The notes: a model not told the origin generated them from the sequence alone. 64,000 bases of DNA from a virus (IMGVR_UViG_3300043256_000274:12411-76410), one strand, 5' to 3'; counted from the stretch's first letter, positions 18,596-28,258 are shown. A program made the numbers and translations.

Positions 18596-18966
18596 GGGAG
18601 GATCAGTTGGGGCCGGAGGATTGAACCCATGTATTTCAACTCCAGGATAGTGACGATAGTCTCATACCCAACCTTGGCGTCTGGGTAACAGTTAGCAAGG
18701 ATCTGAGCGGCCCCGGACCATGTTCGCATGATCGGGTCATTCACACACTCCAGTAGGATCGCAGGCATATCGACCACTGATCCAACCCAGCAAGAGAGGG
18801 ACAGCGCCGTGCCCAGGGACTTCCCTTGGGCATCAACGAGCTCAACTGTAATCGGCTTGCCGTCCTCTAGTCGAGTCGTGCGCTCGGCCCATTTTTCACC
18901 GAGACGCACGGTCGAGAAGAGCTGGTTGGTCAGGTTGACCGGGTTGCGGAACGCCAGCTTGTGCAT
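18592..18966 (-). CDS. Hypothetical protein (possible ASCH/PUA fold)
   Basis: STVRLG motif and length consistent with ASCH-like domains. Confidence 0.45.
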   Translation of the reverse strand: MHKLAFRNPVNLTNQLFSTVRLGEKWAERTTRLEDGKPITVELVDAQGKSLGTALSLSCWVGSVVDMPAILLECVNDPIMRTWSGAAQILANCYPDAKVGYETIVTILELKYMGSILRPQLILP

Positions 18967-18969
18967 CTG

Positions 18970-19290
18970 CTAGAGAGGCGCCTCGTCCGCGTCCGCGCTT
19001 GCCGCGCGATTGGCGAGTTGCTGGGCGCCCAGCCAGAGAGCACCTTGGATGACTCCGAGGATGCGCTGACGCACCGCGTTGGCAGCGCCAGTCGCGTTCA
19101 TGGCAGCCATGAGGGCGACGCTGTCGCGCTCGGCGATGACAGCCAGGTCGAAGCCAGGCTGGCCGACGTGCATGGCAAGGACAGCCGTGCGTTCGGCTGC
19201 ATAGAGGGCGACCTCGTCGACCGAGGTTGCGAGATCGGCACCGGTCTCCGCGATGGCGGATTCGAGGAGTGCTTTGATTGATTCTTCCAT
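18970..19290 (-). CDS. Hypothetical helical protein
   Basis: Ala-rich ORF after the lipoprotein gene. Confidence 0.55.
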   Translation of the reverse strand: MEESIKALLESAIAETGADLATSVDEVALYAAERTAVLAMHVGQPGFDLAVIAERDSVALMAAMNATGAANAVRQRILGVIQGALWLGAQQLANRAASADADEAPL

Positions 19291-19294
19291 GGGA

Positions 19295-19801
19295 TCAGTC
19301 CACAGTCGTAAAGGTCGGAACGAGTTTGCCCGCGAGCGTGACGGTGCCCGTGGGTGTGACCTGGCTGCCGTTGGACAGCCAGCTTTCACGCGGACGTCTG
19401 TAGGTAACGGCGATGAGTTGCTCGAAGCCTGTACTGAAATTACGTAGGCGTTCGCGCAGAGATTCAGCGACTTGGTCGCTCATCTCGCCGTCATCGACAC
19501 GGTCCTGAATGCCGCGCTCTGCGTAGGGCAGGAGCATCGACGCCCAGGGGATACGGCGGAGGGCGCTTCGCTCTCCGCCGTCCGCCAGAGCGGCTTCCAG
19601 GTCCGCTACGAGGGAGTCGAGGGATGACCTGTCGGCCAGGTCTCCGTCTTCGACAGCGTCGGCGAGGCCACGCTCGAGGTCGGCTCGGACGCCGACCCAG
19701 GCGAGCTCCATCGCGGGTACCAGGGTGTTGTCTCTGACCGGAGTGGAGAGACAGGAGGTCGAAACGACAGCTAGAAGCGCTGCCAACAGTATGCTCTTCA
19801 T
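19295..19801 (-). CDS. Putative lipoprotein
   Basis: MKSILLAALLAVVSTSC signal peptide; AAGGA RBS. Confidence 0.6.
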   Translation of the reverse strand: MKSILLAALLAVVSTSCLSTPVRDNTLVPAMELAWVGVRADLERGLADAVEDGDLADRSSLDSLVADLEAALADGGERSALRRIPWASMLLPYAERGIQDRVDDGEMSDQVAESLRERLRNFSTGFEQLIAVTYRRPRESWLSNGSQVTPTGTVTLAGKLVPTFTTVD

Positions 19802-19864
19802 CTGATTGTCCTTCTGGGATGAGGGCCATTCGGCCCAAGAATTCTCTAATCGTACAGGTGTTTC

Positions 19865-20503
19865 CTACCAGCCGCCACCGGAATCTCGTTCCTCATCGGT
19901 GACATAGCAGGGAAGGTCGTCGAGCTCCGCAGGAAGCATCCCACGGGCGATCTGGTGCTCGACGTGCATCATGCAAGCGATGTTCCAGCGAGCAGCCGCT
20001 AGGTGGTCTTCGTCCCGGTAGCCCATGTGGTGCTTCTCCAGGTGACGCTTCGCACAATTCAAGGCAACCGACATCGGCTGGCCCTTCTCCCAATTGCGCT
20101 CCCCATACTTGACGGCTCCACGCTCAAGCAAGCCGGCGTCCCGCCGCGCCACCATGGGTGACATGAGATCGAAGCGGCCCTTGCCGGTGGCACCGTCGCG
20201 CACGGAGCCAGTGGGAAACTCACGGCGCGTGCCGCTGTCTTTGGTAACAGCGACGATGGACTCTTTCGCATAGTCGACAGCGATGCAGACGCTACATAGA
20301 CCCGTGTTCATATTGGCGATCGGGTCGTGATGACAGCGGGCGCAGAGTTCAGGTTCGGTGGACATCTTTGTGTGCTGGGGCTGGGGGTGATCCTCTAGTT
20401 CACGGACAGCGTCCGCGTACTCCAAGAGTAGCGCACGAAGCACGCGATTGCCAACGGTTGCCTTCATTGTCTTCGACAACGTCCTAAGTCCTTCTGAGAT
20501 CAT
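19865..20503 (-). CDS. dATP/dGTP diphosphohydrolase domain protein (DUF5664-like)
   Basis: KDSGTRREFPTGSVRD, KGRFDL, GAVKYGERNWEKG, EDHLAAARWN. Confidence 0.85.
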   Translation of the reverse strand: MISEGLRTLSKTMKATVGNRVLRALLLEYADAVRELEDHPQPQHTKMSTEPELCARCHHDPIANMNTGLCSVCIAVDYAKESIVAVTKDSGTRREFPTGSVRDGATGKGRFDLMSPMVARRDAGLLERGAVKYGERNWEKGQPMSVALNCAKRHLEKHHMGYRDEDHLAAARWNIACMMHVEHQIARGMLPAELDDLPCYVTDEERDSGGGW

Positions 20504-21003
20504 GCTTTCCTCTTCCTCTTGAACTCGGAGCAGTTGGCATCGGCGATGGCGAGCTCTCGGCCCATGCCGGCAGAGCAGGTAACCTCACCGTCCTGGCTGG
20601 CCCAGCCACGAATACGATTGCGGATGGCGGCAGAGCCTTTCTTATTGGAACACCACACCAGGAACTCGTCGCCGTGATGTCGGATGGCGATGGCGTCGCA
20701 CGGCAGAGCCGCGCGAGCAGCGCGTGTGTTCGACCGGAGCCACAGCCCGAACTCCTTGATGTACTCATCGACGACACCATGGCCCAGGATCTTGTTGAGG
20801 ATACCAAGGCCGTCCATGTCCGCGAAGACGTAGTAGCCCTCGTAGCGACTGCCTGCGATGTACTCTTCGAGTGCCTGCACGTTGAAGATGCCAGTCAGTC
20901 GGTCAGTCCTGACCTGCTGCCTCAGCAGGTCATTCTCTTCCGTGAGCCGGCGGAGTTCAGAGAGGAGTTCCTCGACGGCTGAGATGACTCTGGTTCCGTT
21001 CAT
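20500..21003 (-). CDS. GGDEF-domain protein (diguanylate cyclase-like)
   Basis: N-terminal coiled coil, DRLTGIFN, DMDGL..LN..LGH..VD, RHHGDEF, TCSAG. Confidence 0.8.
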   Translation of the reverse strand: MNGTRVISAVEELLSELRRLTEENDLLRQQVRTDRLTGIFNVQALEEYIAGSRYEGYYVFADMDGLGILNKILGHGVVDEYIKEFGLWLRSNTRAARAALPCDAIAIRHHGDEFLVWCSNKKGSAAIRNRIRGWASQDGEVTCSAGMGRELAIADANCSEFKRKRKA

Positions 21004-21005
21004 GC

Positions 21006-21590
21006 TCAGTCCTTCTCACTCCAGATGCCGTCGATCAGGCCCCACTCAAGGGCTTGGGCTGCATCAAAGTAAACGTCTGCCCTCTTTCTATAGAGGTTCA
21101 TCCAAAAGCGTTTCGGCTTCTTCGTGTAGCGACCCAGCAAGGTAGCGAATCTACCGCTTTGGAGTTGTTCGGCCTCAGCAAACGCCTTGACTTGATCAGG
21201 GCTGCCCTTCGTGTCCTCTAGGTAGGTGTCATGGAGCATGAAGATGGTATTCTCCGTTGACCAGCGCTCTCCCTGTTTGCCGCAGGCCACAAGCAGCGGA
21301 GCAGAGGAGCAACACTTACCGAGCGCGATGGTGTGGATAGGTGCCTTGACGATTCGGGTTACGTCATGCAATGCGAACGCTTCTTCTACCTCTCCACCAT
21401 CGGATGTGATGAGCAACTCAATCGGCTTCGTTGGACTTATCGCAGAGAGAAGATAGATGCCACGAATGGCGACGGCTGAGGAGGATTCTTCTATGTCTCC
21501 TTGCAGAAAGATCCTACGACCGAGGATGTCAACTCCGTGGGCGAGTGCAGCCTCAACGCTACCTCTGATGACTTCGGGGTCGTCCTTCAT
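21006..21590 (-). CDS. clpP: ClpP-family protease subunit
   Basis: RRIFLQGDI, ITSDGG, GKCCSS, FMLH, YFDAAQALEWGLID. Confidence 0.85.
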   Translation of the reverse strand: MKDDPEVIRGSVEAALAHGVDILGRRIFLQGDIEESSSAVAIRGIYLLSAISPTKPIELLITSDGGEVEEAFALHDVTRIVKAPIHTIALGKCCSSAPLLVACGKQGERWSTENTIFMLHDTYLEDTKGSPDQVKAFAEAEQLQSGRFATLLGRYTKKPKRFWMNLYRKRADVYFDAAQALEWGLIDGIWSEKD

Positions 21591-22894
21591 TTCGGCAGCC
21601 CCCAGCGCTTCTCCCAGAACTTCCGCACCGGCACGACGCCTTTCGGCAGTCGTCCCTTGTGTTCGTAGTAGAACCCGTTGACCATACACACGCCATCCGT
21701 AGTGATGGCGGGTGTCAACTGCAACCCTTTGCCCATGGACTCTGCGATGGCGAAGCCACGGGACCACGCGGGTGAGTTGCCCTTGACGTAATACTTCGCA
21801 GCCTGGTCGATGGTTGCGCCGGGAGTGGACAGCCAGCGGAAGCGTTTCAGTCCAGCCGACGATCCGATGACCTGCTGGTCTCGGTGGCAGTGACCTGACC
21901 AACCAGACATGCCCCAGTGCAGGAGTTCGCCCGACGCCTGCATCTTGCTCACGATCGTACCGTGCGTAGTCGCGAGCCTGTCCCACAGTTTGATCATGGG
22001 GCGCTTGTCCTCTTGCCCTTTGGGCGAGAGGAACGTCCCAGGCTGGATGATCTCAATGTCCAGGTCATCGAACTCCAGGATCTTGTCCATGCGGAGTGTC
22101 CGCATGGAGCTCAGGGTCTTCGCGTGTTGGGTGAGGAAGCGCACGAAGCGCGGCATGAAATGGTTGGACTCCAGCCATACGAAGCGCGCGTGCGGGCACC
22201 GCTCGCGCGCTTCTTTCCACATGCAGTTGAGGACGTCGAGTTCTACCTGGAACGGGAGCGTATGGCCAGGGACTTGAGGATGCGTGCTAATCTCAGAGCC
22301 GTCAACATGGTCTCCGCCCCACACGACAATGTCAGGTTGAGCGTCTTCGATGAAGGTAAGGAAGGCGAGCCAAGTGAACGGATCCATGAACATCGAGTGG
22401 GTATCAGAAATCCAGACTGCAAGTCTGGCTTTCTGAGTAGCTCGGCGAAGCTCGGGGAACTTGTCAACATGGGGAAGAATGTAGCGGTTGAAGTATCGTT
22501 CGTCATGCTGTCGCTTGGACTCGTACTCGCGAGCCAGTAGCAGAGCACGGTCGCCTTCGCCCTCGCGCAGACCAGCCATGGTCTTGAGATGTGCGAAGCG
22601 TCCATGCCGGAGTACCTCTTCCTTCGGGAAGTAGCCGTAGAGTTCGTAGCGTCGCAGGCTGATGGAGCGGAACTCATGGAAGGGGTTGGTCTCCTCGTCC
22701 TCAGCGACGCGCACCAGGTCGGCGAGCAGGTCTTCCAGCGACGGCTTGCCCTTGCGCTTGCCGAGACGTTCGCGTTCGAGGCGCGCGTCGTCACGCGCCT
22801 TGCGGTCTCTCAGCTTCGAGGCTTCTCGGGGATCAGAGACGACCTCGTCAGGAGCAGAGATGAATCGGTCGACGTCTTTCTCAGGAGAGCCCAA
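21587..22894 (-). CDS. Calcineurin-like metallophosphoesterase
   Basis: SDTH, GGDHVD, SNH, THG, GHCH. Confidence 0.8.
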   Translation of the reverse strand: MGSPEKDVDRFISAPDEVVSDPREASKLRDRKARDDARLERERLGKRKGKPSLEDLLADLVRVAEDEETNPFHEFRSISLRRYELYGYFPKEEVLRHGRFAHLKTMAGLREGEGDRALLLAREYESKRQHDERYFNRYILPHVDKFPELRRATQKARLAVWISDTHSMFMDPFTWLAFLTFIEDAQPDIVVWGGDHVDGSEISTHPQVPGHTLPFQVELDVLNCMWKEARERCPHARFVWLESNHFMPRFVRFLTQHAKTLSSMRTLRMDKILEFDDLDIEIIQPGTFLSPKGQEDKRPMIKLWDRLATTHGTIVSKMQASGELLHWGMSGWSGHCHRDQQVIGSSAGLKRFRWLSTPGATIDQAAKYYVKGNSPAWSRGFAIAESMGKGLQLTPAITTDGVCMVNGFYYEHKGRLPKGVVPVRKFWEKRWGLPK

Positions 22895-23147
22895 GGTGGT
22901 TCCTTGCGTGATGCAGAATGGAGTCAGACGTAACCTTGACGTCGAACTTGGGGACTAGGACGTGTCGATGCAGGTCCCTCCACGGCTGAGTTGTTTCGCC
23001 GGAAGTCTTGAGTTCATGGAACCGTCTGATCGCACGGTTCACATCATCGACATTCTCCATGGCACAGATACGGCACCGGGTAGGTCTACTGGGCTGGGTC
23101 TCGACCAAGTCATCGACCAGCGACTCCGGAGATTTTTCTTTCGGCAT
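22881..23147 (-). CDS. Small Cys/His protein
   Basis: CRIC...HARNH, possible Zn-binding DNA-binding domain. Confidence 0.55.
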   Translation of the reverse strand: MPKEKSPESLVDDLVETQPSRPTRCRICAMENVDDVNRAIRRFHELKTSGETTQPWRDLHRHVLVPKFDVKVTSDSILHHARNHLGLS

Positions 23148-23157
23148 GGTAGCAGAA

Positions 23158-23784
23158 TTACTCGCTTACGACGTGGATCATGAGCACGCCCCGACCGCCA
23201 TCGTTCTCCCGGATTGGGCGTACGTCGACAACCCCATGGGCCAGCCCAGCCGCGTCCGCGCGTCCAGATTCCTTGTCGACGAGGAAGCGTAGCCTAACAG
23301 CCTCGTTTGCGCCAATCGCCGCAGCGATTCCTGCGAGCCTCTGGGCGTCCAGACAGACCGTGACATACCTGTGGGTGGGGGGGGCTTGGGTCTCGGTGGT
23401 CTCGAGCACGGCCTGGAAGTTTGGAACCTGCCCCTGGGGGCCTGGGTTCTCGACCCTGAGCCATGCCTTCCCAGACGCCGCCTGAGCCTCTGTGCTGTGC
23501 TCTCCTGTCCTGAGTGTTCCGATGCCCGTTGTCCCCTTGGACGCCTCACGGACGGCCTGGAGGGGCAGAGGACCCAGCTTGAGTTCCTCGCCCGACTCGC
23601 GCCGCGGGAGGTCCGCTCCTGGGCGCTCATCAGGCCCCAGAATGGGCACTACAGCAGCCGAGACGCCGTCGCTGGCCAGGAGTTCGTAGTCTCCGATGTG
23701 GACCGTGTCCAGGTGCAGGCCCGTAGCGGGCTGCGGCTTCGGAGCCGCAGCCCGATGGAGCTCGAATCTCTTGGGTAGTTTCAT
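23158..23784 (-). CDS. Hypothetical protein, possible degenerate sliding-clamp fold
   Basis: LLASDG, GQVPNFQAVL, LDAQRLA, GVLM echo DnaN domain motifs. Confidence 0.5.
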   Translation of the reverse strand: MKLPKRFELHRAAAPKPQPATGLHLDTVHIGDYELLASDGVSAAVVPILGPDERPGADLPRRESGEELKLGPLPLQAVREASKGTTGIGTLRTGEHSTEAQAASGKAWLRVENPGPQGQVPNFQAVLETTETQAPPTHRYVTVCLDAQRLAGIAAAIGANEAVRLRFLVDKESGRADAAGLAHGVVDVRPIRENDGGRGVLMIHVVSE

Positions 23785-23969
23785 GAGTCGTCCGGGGGCC
23801 AGACATCCGGAGCAAGCCCAAAGTCAATCGGCTGCGGCGCGTTCCGCTGCCGAAGCTGTTCGGCTACCGCCCGCTGGGCAGTCTCCGTCTTGCCCAGGTG
23901 GTGTAGCCCGACCATCGTCAGGAGTACGCCCATGATGAACGATATGCCTGACCAGAGAAAGATCAACAC
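23781..23969 (-). CDS. Small membrane protein
   Basis: Hydrophobic N-terminus. Confidence 0.45.
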   Translation of the reverse strand: MLIFLWSGISFIMGVLLTMVGLHHLGKTETAQRAVAEQLRQRNAPQPIDFGLAPDVWPPDDS

Positions 23970-24090
23970 GACCGGCGGTCTTCGTGCATCTCGTCTCGGA
24001 CGAGCCGGATGCGCTCGGCGACACGACGTCGGTAGCGAGCGACCATGTCTAGCAAGATGGCACCGGCCACCATTCCCCAGAGGAATGTGA

Positions 24091-24327
24091 TCATGAGCGA
24101 CGGGATCCTTTGGGTGCGACCGCGATGACCAGCGCAGGCTCGGACTTGTAGGTCTTGACGTCGGTGAGAATGACGGATGTGACGGTGACCCGCACCTTGT
24201 TGTGCGGAGGTCGTGCGATGGCAGCCTGCACGCGACGGTGCGCGTCGGCTATGGTCTTGGCGTTCGTGCAGCGAGTGAAGGGCCAGACGTACTCGCCCTC
24301 TCCTCGCAGGATGTCAGGTAGCTTCAT
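24091..24327 (-). CDS. Hypothetical protein
   Basis: Coupled ORF. Confidence 0.5.
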   Translation of the reverse strand: MKLPDILRGEGEYVWPFTRCTNAKTIADAHRRVQAAIARPPHNKVRVTVTSVILTDVKTYKSEPALVIAVAPKGSRRS

Positions 24328-24638
24328 GATTTGACTCTGATTCCGTGATAGAAGGTGAATTGCTGCTCACCGGTGTACCCACCGAAGCCGTTGCGCGCGT
24401 TGACATAGACTGTGATAGTTCCCACGGTACTCAGCTTCGTGTCCCAGTGGAGACGAGCGGAGCCATAGTCGCGGAGATTATTGCGTAGCCAGGTGTCGGC
24501 AGCGATCATCTCGGCAGTGTAGTCTCCGACCGGAGCCGTTGACTCGGGCGTGCGGTGAATCGGCTCAGGTCGTTCCATCTGCAGCAGTCCTATGAAGAAC
24601 ATGAACACCAGCAGAGCGAACAAGATCATGACTCTCAT
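24324..24638 (-). CDS. Membrane-anchored hypothetical protein
   Basis: Signal anchor; VNARNGFGGYTG motif; GGAG RBS. Confidence 0.6.
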   Translation of the reverse strand: MRVMILFALLVFMFFIGLLQMERPEPIHRTPESTAPVGDYTAEMIAADTWLRNNLRDYGSARLHWDTKLSTVGTITVYVNARNGFGGYTGEQQFTFYHGIRVKS

Positions 24639-24742
24639 TTTTTTCTCTCCAGTAGATGTGAACCCCCCAAGGGGCTCTGAGTTAGTTGTACCCCCATATC
24701 GTGCAGTGTGCCGCTAACTCTTCAACATTGTTCCCGAAAATC

Positions 24743-25099
24743 TCACTGACGGTCTCTACGTAGCCTCACGTTCTGTAGGCCCATCTCCTTGAGCCGGGAC
24801 GGGTCCTTCTTGAGTCTGAGGTTGTGCGCCTTGGCCACGACCGACTTCACGGTGCGGCTGATCTGGCGTGCGATCTCCTCGTTAGGGGTCGTCGGATAGA
24901 GGTCCCGAAGGGCAGCCGACTCTAGGGCTGTCCAGCGGGGCATCGTCTTGACGGGAAATTTTTTCTTATCCTTGCCCAAGGCGAGCTGCGTGGCGAAGCG
25001 TCGGATTTCGGAGATGGATCGGCCGAGGGTCTCGGCTACTTCTTCGTCGGGGGTGGTGCCGTAGATCCGTTTCAGCACCTTGATTTCGTCGGGGGTCAT
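24743..25099 (-). CDS. Tandem HTH (Myb/SANT-like) DNA-binding protein
   Basis: Two repeats of the pattern T..E...L...Y.T.P.EE.A..L.R. Confidence 0.7.
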   Translation of the reverse strand: MTPDEIKVLKRIYGTTPDEEVAETLGRSISEIRRFATQLALGKDKKKFPVKTMPRWTALESAALRDLYPTTPNEEIARQISRTVKSVVAKAHNLRLKKDPSRLKEMGLQNVRLRRDRQ

Positions 25100-25614
25100 G
25101 GTGAGTTTTGCTCTGCCTGAATGCGCATGGCAGCTATGTGGTCTTCGAGGGACACGCCGCGGTCATGTGTCCATCCGAAGTAGGATGGGCCGCGGCCATT
25201 GTGGGGAGTTCCGTCCTCTGCGATCGGACCAACCTGGATGGTGCCGACCGTTATCTGACGGAGGTAGGGAGCGGGTGTGCCGGGTGTACTGCGATTGAAT
25301 TCGTCTGCGATTGCTTTGTTCGCGAAGCGGAGCGCGGCTTCGACTGCATCTACATGGCCAAGGCAGGAGAAGATCAGACGCCAGTCGAAGTCCTCTTGGT
25401 CTCTGTCGACGTGGTCGATCGAGATGAGAATGGTCATCTCGTACATGGCCATCTGCCGGAAGCCCAGCTTATGTAGCCGGCGCTCCGGGTCGGGCTCATC
25501 GCCGTCACGGACGCTTCCCAGGAAGACGGACACGAGTTTCGTGCCAGCCTTCGCGGTGAGTTTGCCAGCCTGGGTGGTCATCTGTCGGTTGAGAATTACG
25601 CTTCCGGACTTCAT
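25096..25614 (-). CDS. Hypothetical protein
   Basis: ATGA-coupled. Confidence 0.55.
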   Translation of the reverse strand: MKSGSVILNRQMTTQAGKLTAKAGTKLVSVFLGSVRDGDEPDPERRLHKLGFRQMAMYEMTILISIDHVDRDQEDFDWRLIFSCLGHVDAVEAALRFANKAIADEFNRSTPGTPAPYLRQITVGTIQVGPIAEDGTPHNGRGPSYFGWTHDRGVSLEDHIAAMRIQAEQNSP

Positions 25615-25835
25615 ATCTCTGTTGCCTCCAACATCTGTTCCCAGGTGGGCACACTTACTGAGCCGCCCTCGCACACGAAGCGCCAGAGGAAAGCCATCTC
25701 GAATCGGTCATAGACGTCGTCGTCCGTGGAGCCGGCGACCAGGTAGGCCGAGAGTTCGGAGCCAGCCTCGCGGCGGATGCGCTGATAGCGCTCCCACTTC
25801 TCTGAGTCGTCCATGTCTATGTATGCGATGAGCAC
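25611..25835 (-). CDS. Hypothetical protein
   Basis: Coupled to the primase stop. Confidence 0.5.
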   Translation of the reverse strand: MLIAYIDMDDSEKWERYQRIRREAGSELSAYLVAGSTDDDVYDRFEMAFLWRFVCEGGSVSVPTWEQMLEATEI

Positions 25836-28258
25836 TAGAAGACTTCCTCATGCAAGCCGAGACTGCTCTCGGCCGTTGTGCCGAGTGCTCCGTTCCACTT
25901 GAATGCACCGCCAAAGATCCTCTCCCAGTTTTTCCTGCAGACTTCGAGAGGCGGCAGCTTGTAGCCATTGGGCCGCGTGACCTGTTTCGGCTCACCATCT
26001 TCGTCGATGATGGTGTGGCTGCCTGACAGCTTACCGCTACCATGGCTCCAACCCTCCGGCAAGACTCGTTGCATGAACGATCCCAGGATCGTTGCGTTTG
26101 CCGCCAGTCGCGTACCGTACGCCTTGGTATAGGCCGTCAAGTTCTCCCGCAGGTTGGCTCGAGGGATCTGAGCTGGCCAACCCTGGCCATCGAAAATTTC
26201 TCCATCCTGTAGCTTCGAGTACCACCACTCTTCAATCGGCTTGAAGGTGTGTTCCTTCTGCGACTGCAACGCCTCGGTCTTCGGCACGTCGCGAACTTTG
26301 AAGCCCTTGAGGTCGTAGTGCATCAGGTAATGCAGCAGAGCCTCTCGGCCCCCGTTGTCCATCTCCTTGCCGATCGGTTCGAAGTAAGCACCCTTCTGGA
26401 GTTCGTTGTCGCTAACCCGTAGGATGAAGAAGCGTCGCTCATACTTACCGGCCGGCACAACCCACTCATCGTTCGATGCCATGATGAGATGGACATAGTT
26501 GCGGCCCTGGCCGACGTCTACTCCCTTGCCTTCGATAGCCAGCAATTTCTCAGTGATCAGCACCTTGAGCATCCCCTCATGCTTCTTGTCACCGGCGTAG
26601 AAGGCCTCGTCACCGAAGAGCACGACGCAGTCCCGAAGGTGAGCGTTGAACTTGCCGACCAGGTGGTCTGCCTGGGTGACCGGCATGAAGTGGCGACCGA
26701 ACAGTGAGCCAAACTCGCTGGCAAAGACGCCCTTGCCGACGCCTCGTTCACCCTGGAGAACTACAGCGGTGTGGCCCTGCTCTCCAGGCTTCTGCACCGC
26801 GCGGGCCATCCAGCCCAGGAGGTATCGGAAGTGCTCCTCGCTGCCACAGCAGATGTTGTCGCGAAGGTGCGTCAAGTAGAGTTCGCACTTACCTGGACGT
26901 GGGTCGACAGCGAAGCCAGTCCAAAGGTTGTAGCTACCGGAAACTTCTCGGCCGGGAGCGAAGATGACGCGCTCATAGCTGCGTCGCTGTGGATGTGTCA
27001 TCCACCACTTCCCCAGGGGTACCTCGACGATCTTCGGCTCGCCGTCCTTATTCGCGACGGTGATCTCCACCTTCCGATTCATGTAGAACGTGCCGAAATC
27101 GGTCGCTGTCTGGTAGTCCAGCGACATCCGGTCGAGTTCCTCGTCATACTCCTCCGAGATGATACGGCAGTGCCCGCCCACGCTGCGCACGACGGCGTGC
27201 TTTGAATTGAGTTCGTGAAGGAGAGGGGAAATTCCCCTCTCCTTCGCGTCGTTGATCTGTTTGCGTGCGTACTTGTCCGCGCCACGGCCCTTCTCGATGA
27301 TCGACTCGCTGATCTTGAAGCGCTCGTCCATGAGGACGGAGTAGATGACCTCGTCCGGCACGTTGTGGCGCACCATCTCGTTGCAGACGTACCAGAGCGG
27401 CTCGCTGCGGCTGGCCCAGCGGTCAGGCTCGTCCGGGTCGAAGCCCTGGACGATGACGACGAGCGCGTGCTGGGGGACGCTGTACTTCTTGAGGTCATCG
27501 ACGTCGGTGAGCGTGGGGATGTTACCACTGATGTTGACGAGGTCGCTCGACGATCCGAATAGCTCGCCGGTCTGGACGAGCGGTGCCGGGATGAAGTCGC
27601 TCAGGTTGTAGGCAAGATCGTTCTGTTCAACGATCAAGGCCAGGCAGACCACTCGGCCCTTCTCGACCTTCCTCTTGTCCGGACGGTTGATCGTGCCTGG
27701 TAGTCGTAGGATGCGGTCGATGTTGAACGTCGGAGGATCACCACCGAACTCGGTGATCATCTGGATGTTGTAGCGCTCGGCCTCAGTGTACTTCGCCGGC
27801 TGTCCGTCGATGTCGAACGGCTTGGTCAGCCTCCAGTAGCCGTGGTAACCAGCACCCGAGTCGATGATGAATGTGGGTTTCGGAACCCCCTTGGGAAGGT
27901 CCGTCGTCAGGAACTTGAGAAAACGAGCCTTCTCGGCTTCGAGCTCCTCCCCCGGCCGCGGGTCGAGATCGACATGGAGGTACTCCATCTTGGAGATGTC
28001 CTCCTTCTCGGCCTTCTTCGACATCATCCGCTCAATCGGGTTGACCGAGAAGTAGAGGTTGTAGGCCTGGGTCGGGTCCTTGCGCTCCGCCCCCATCTTC
28101 TTCAACCAGGCGCGCATCTCCTTGTCCTGCCCTTGGGCGAAGGGCAAGGTCTCGATGCTCTTCTTGTCGACGCGGATCGCGGTGAGGAGATAGAATCCCT
28201 TCGGCCGGAAGGTGTGGAGGAACTTGATCGTCTCGTCGTAGTTGGGGGTGAGGGTCAT
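25835..28258 (-). CDS. Primase-helicase (RepB-type primase plus DUF5906/SF3 helicase)
   Basis: HVDLD, DSGAGYHGYW, RILRLPGTIN; Walker A GERGVGKG, FGDEA, MASN. Confidence 0.9.
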   Translation of the reverse strand: MTLTPNYDETIKFLHTFRPKGFYLLTAIRVDKKSIETLPFAQGQDKEMRAWLKKMGAERKDPTQAYNLYFSVNPIERMMSKKAEKEDISKMEYLHVDLDPRPGEELEAEKARFLKFLTTDLPKGVPKPTFIIDSGAGYHGYWRLTKPFDIDGQPAKYTEAERYNIQMITEFGGDPPTFNIDRILRLPGTINRPDKRKVEKGRVVCLALIVEQNDLAYNLSDFIPAPLVQTGELFGSSSDLVNISGNIPTLTDVDDLKKYSVPQHALVVIVQGFDPDEPDRWASRSEPLWYVCNEMVRHNVPDEVIYSVLMDERFKISESIIEKGRGADKYARKQINDAKERGISPLLHELNSKHAVVRSVGGHCRIISEEYDEELDRMSLDYQTATDFGTFYMNRKVEITVANKDGEPKIVEVPLGKWWMTHPQRRSYERVIFAPGREVSGSYNLWTGFAVDPRPGKCELYLTHLRDNICCGSEEHFRYLLGWMARAVQKPGEQGHTAVVLQGERGVGKGVFASEFGSLFGRHFMPVTQADHLVGKFNAHLRDCVVLFGDEAFYAGDKKHEGMLKVLITEKLLAIEGKGVDVGQGRNYVHLIMASNDEWVVPAGKYERRFFILRVSDNELQKGAYFEPIGKEMDNGGREALLHYLMHYDLKGFKVRDVPKTEALQSQKEHTFKPIEEWWYSKLQDGEIFDGQGWPAQIPRANLRENLTAYTKAYGTRLAANATILGSFMQRVLPEGWSHGSGKLSGSHTIIDEDGEPKQVTRPNGYKLPPLEVCRKNWERIFGGAFKWNGALGTTAESSLGLHEEVF

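Noticed and set aside
21006-21590. ClpP as the prohead protease
   Set aside because: It lies 40 kb from the head genes, and an XkdF-like protease is already in the head module.
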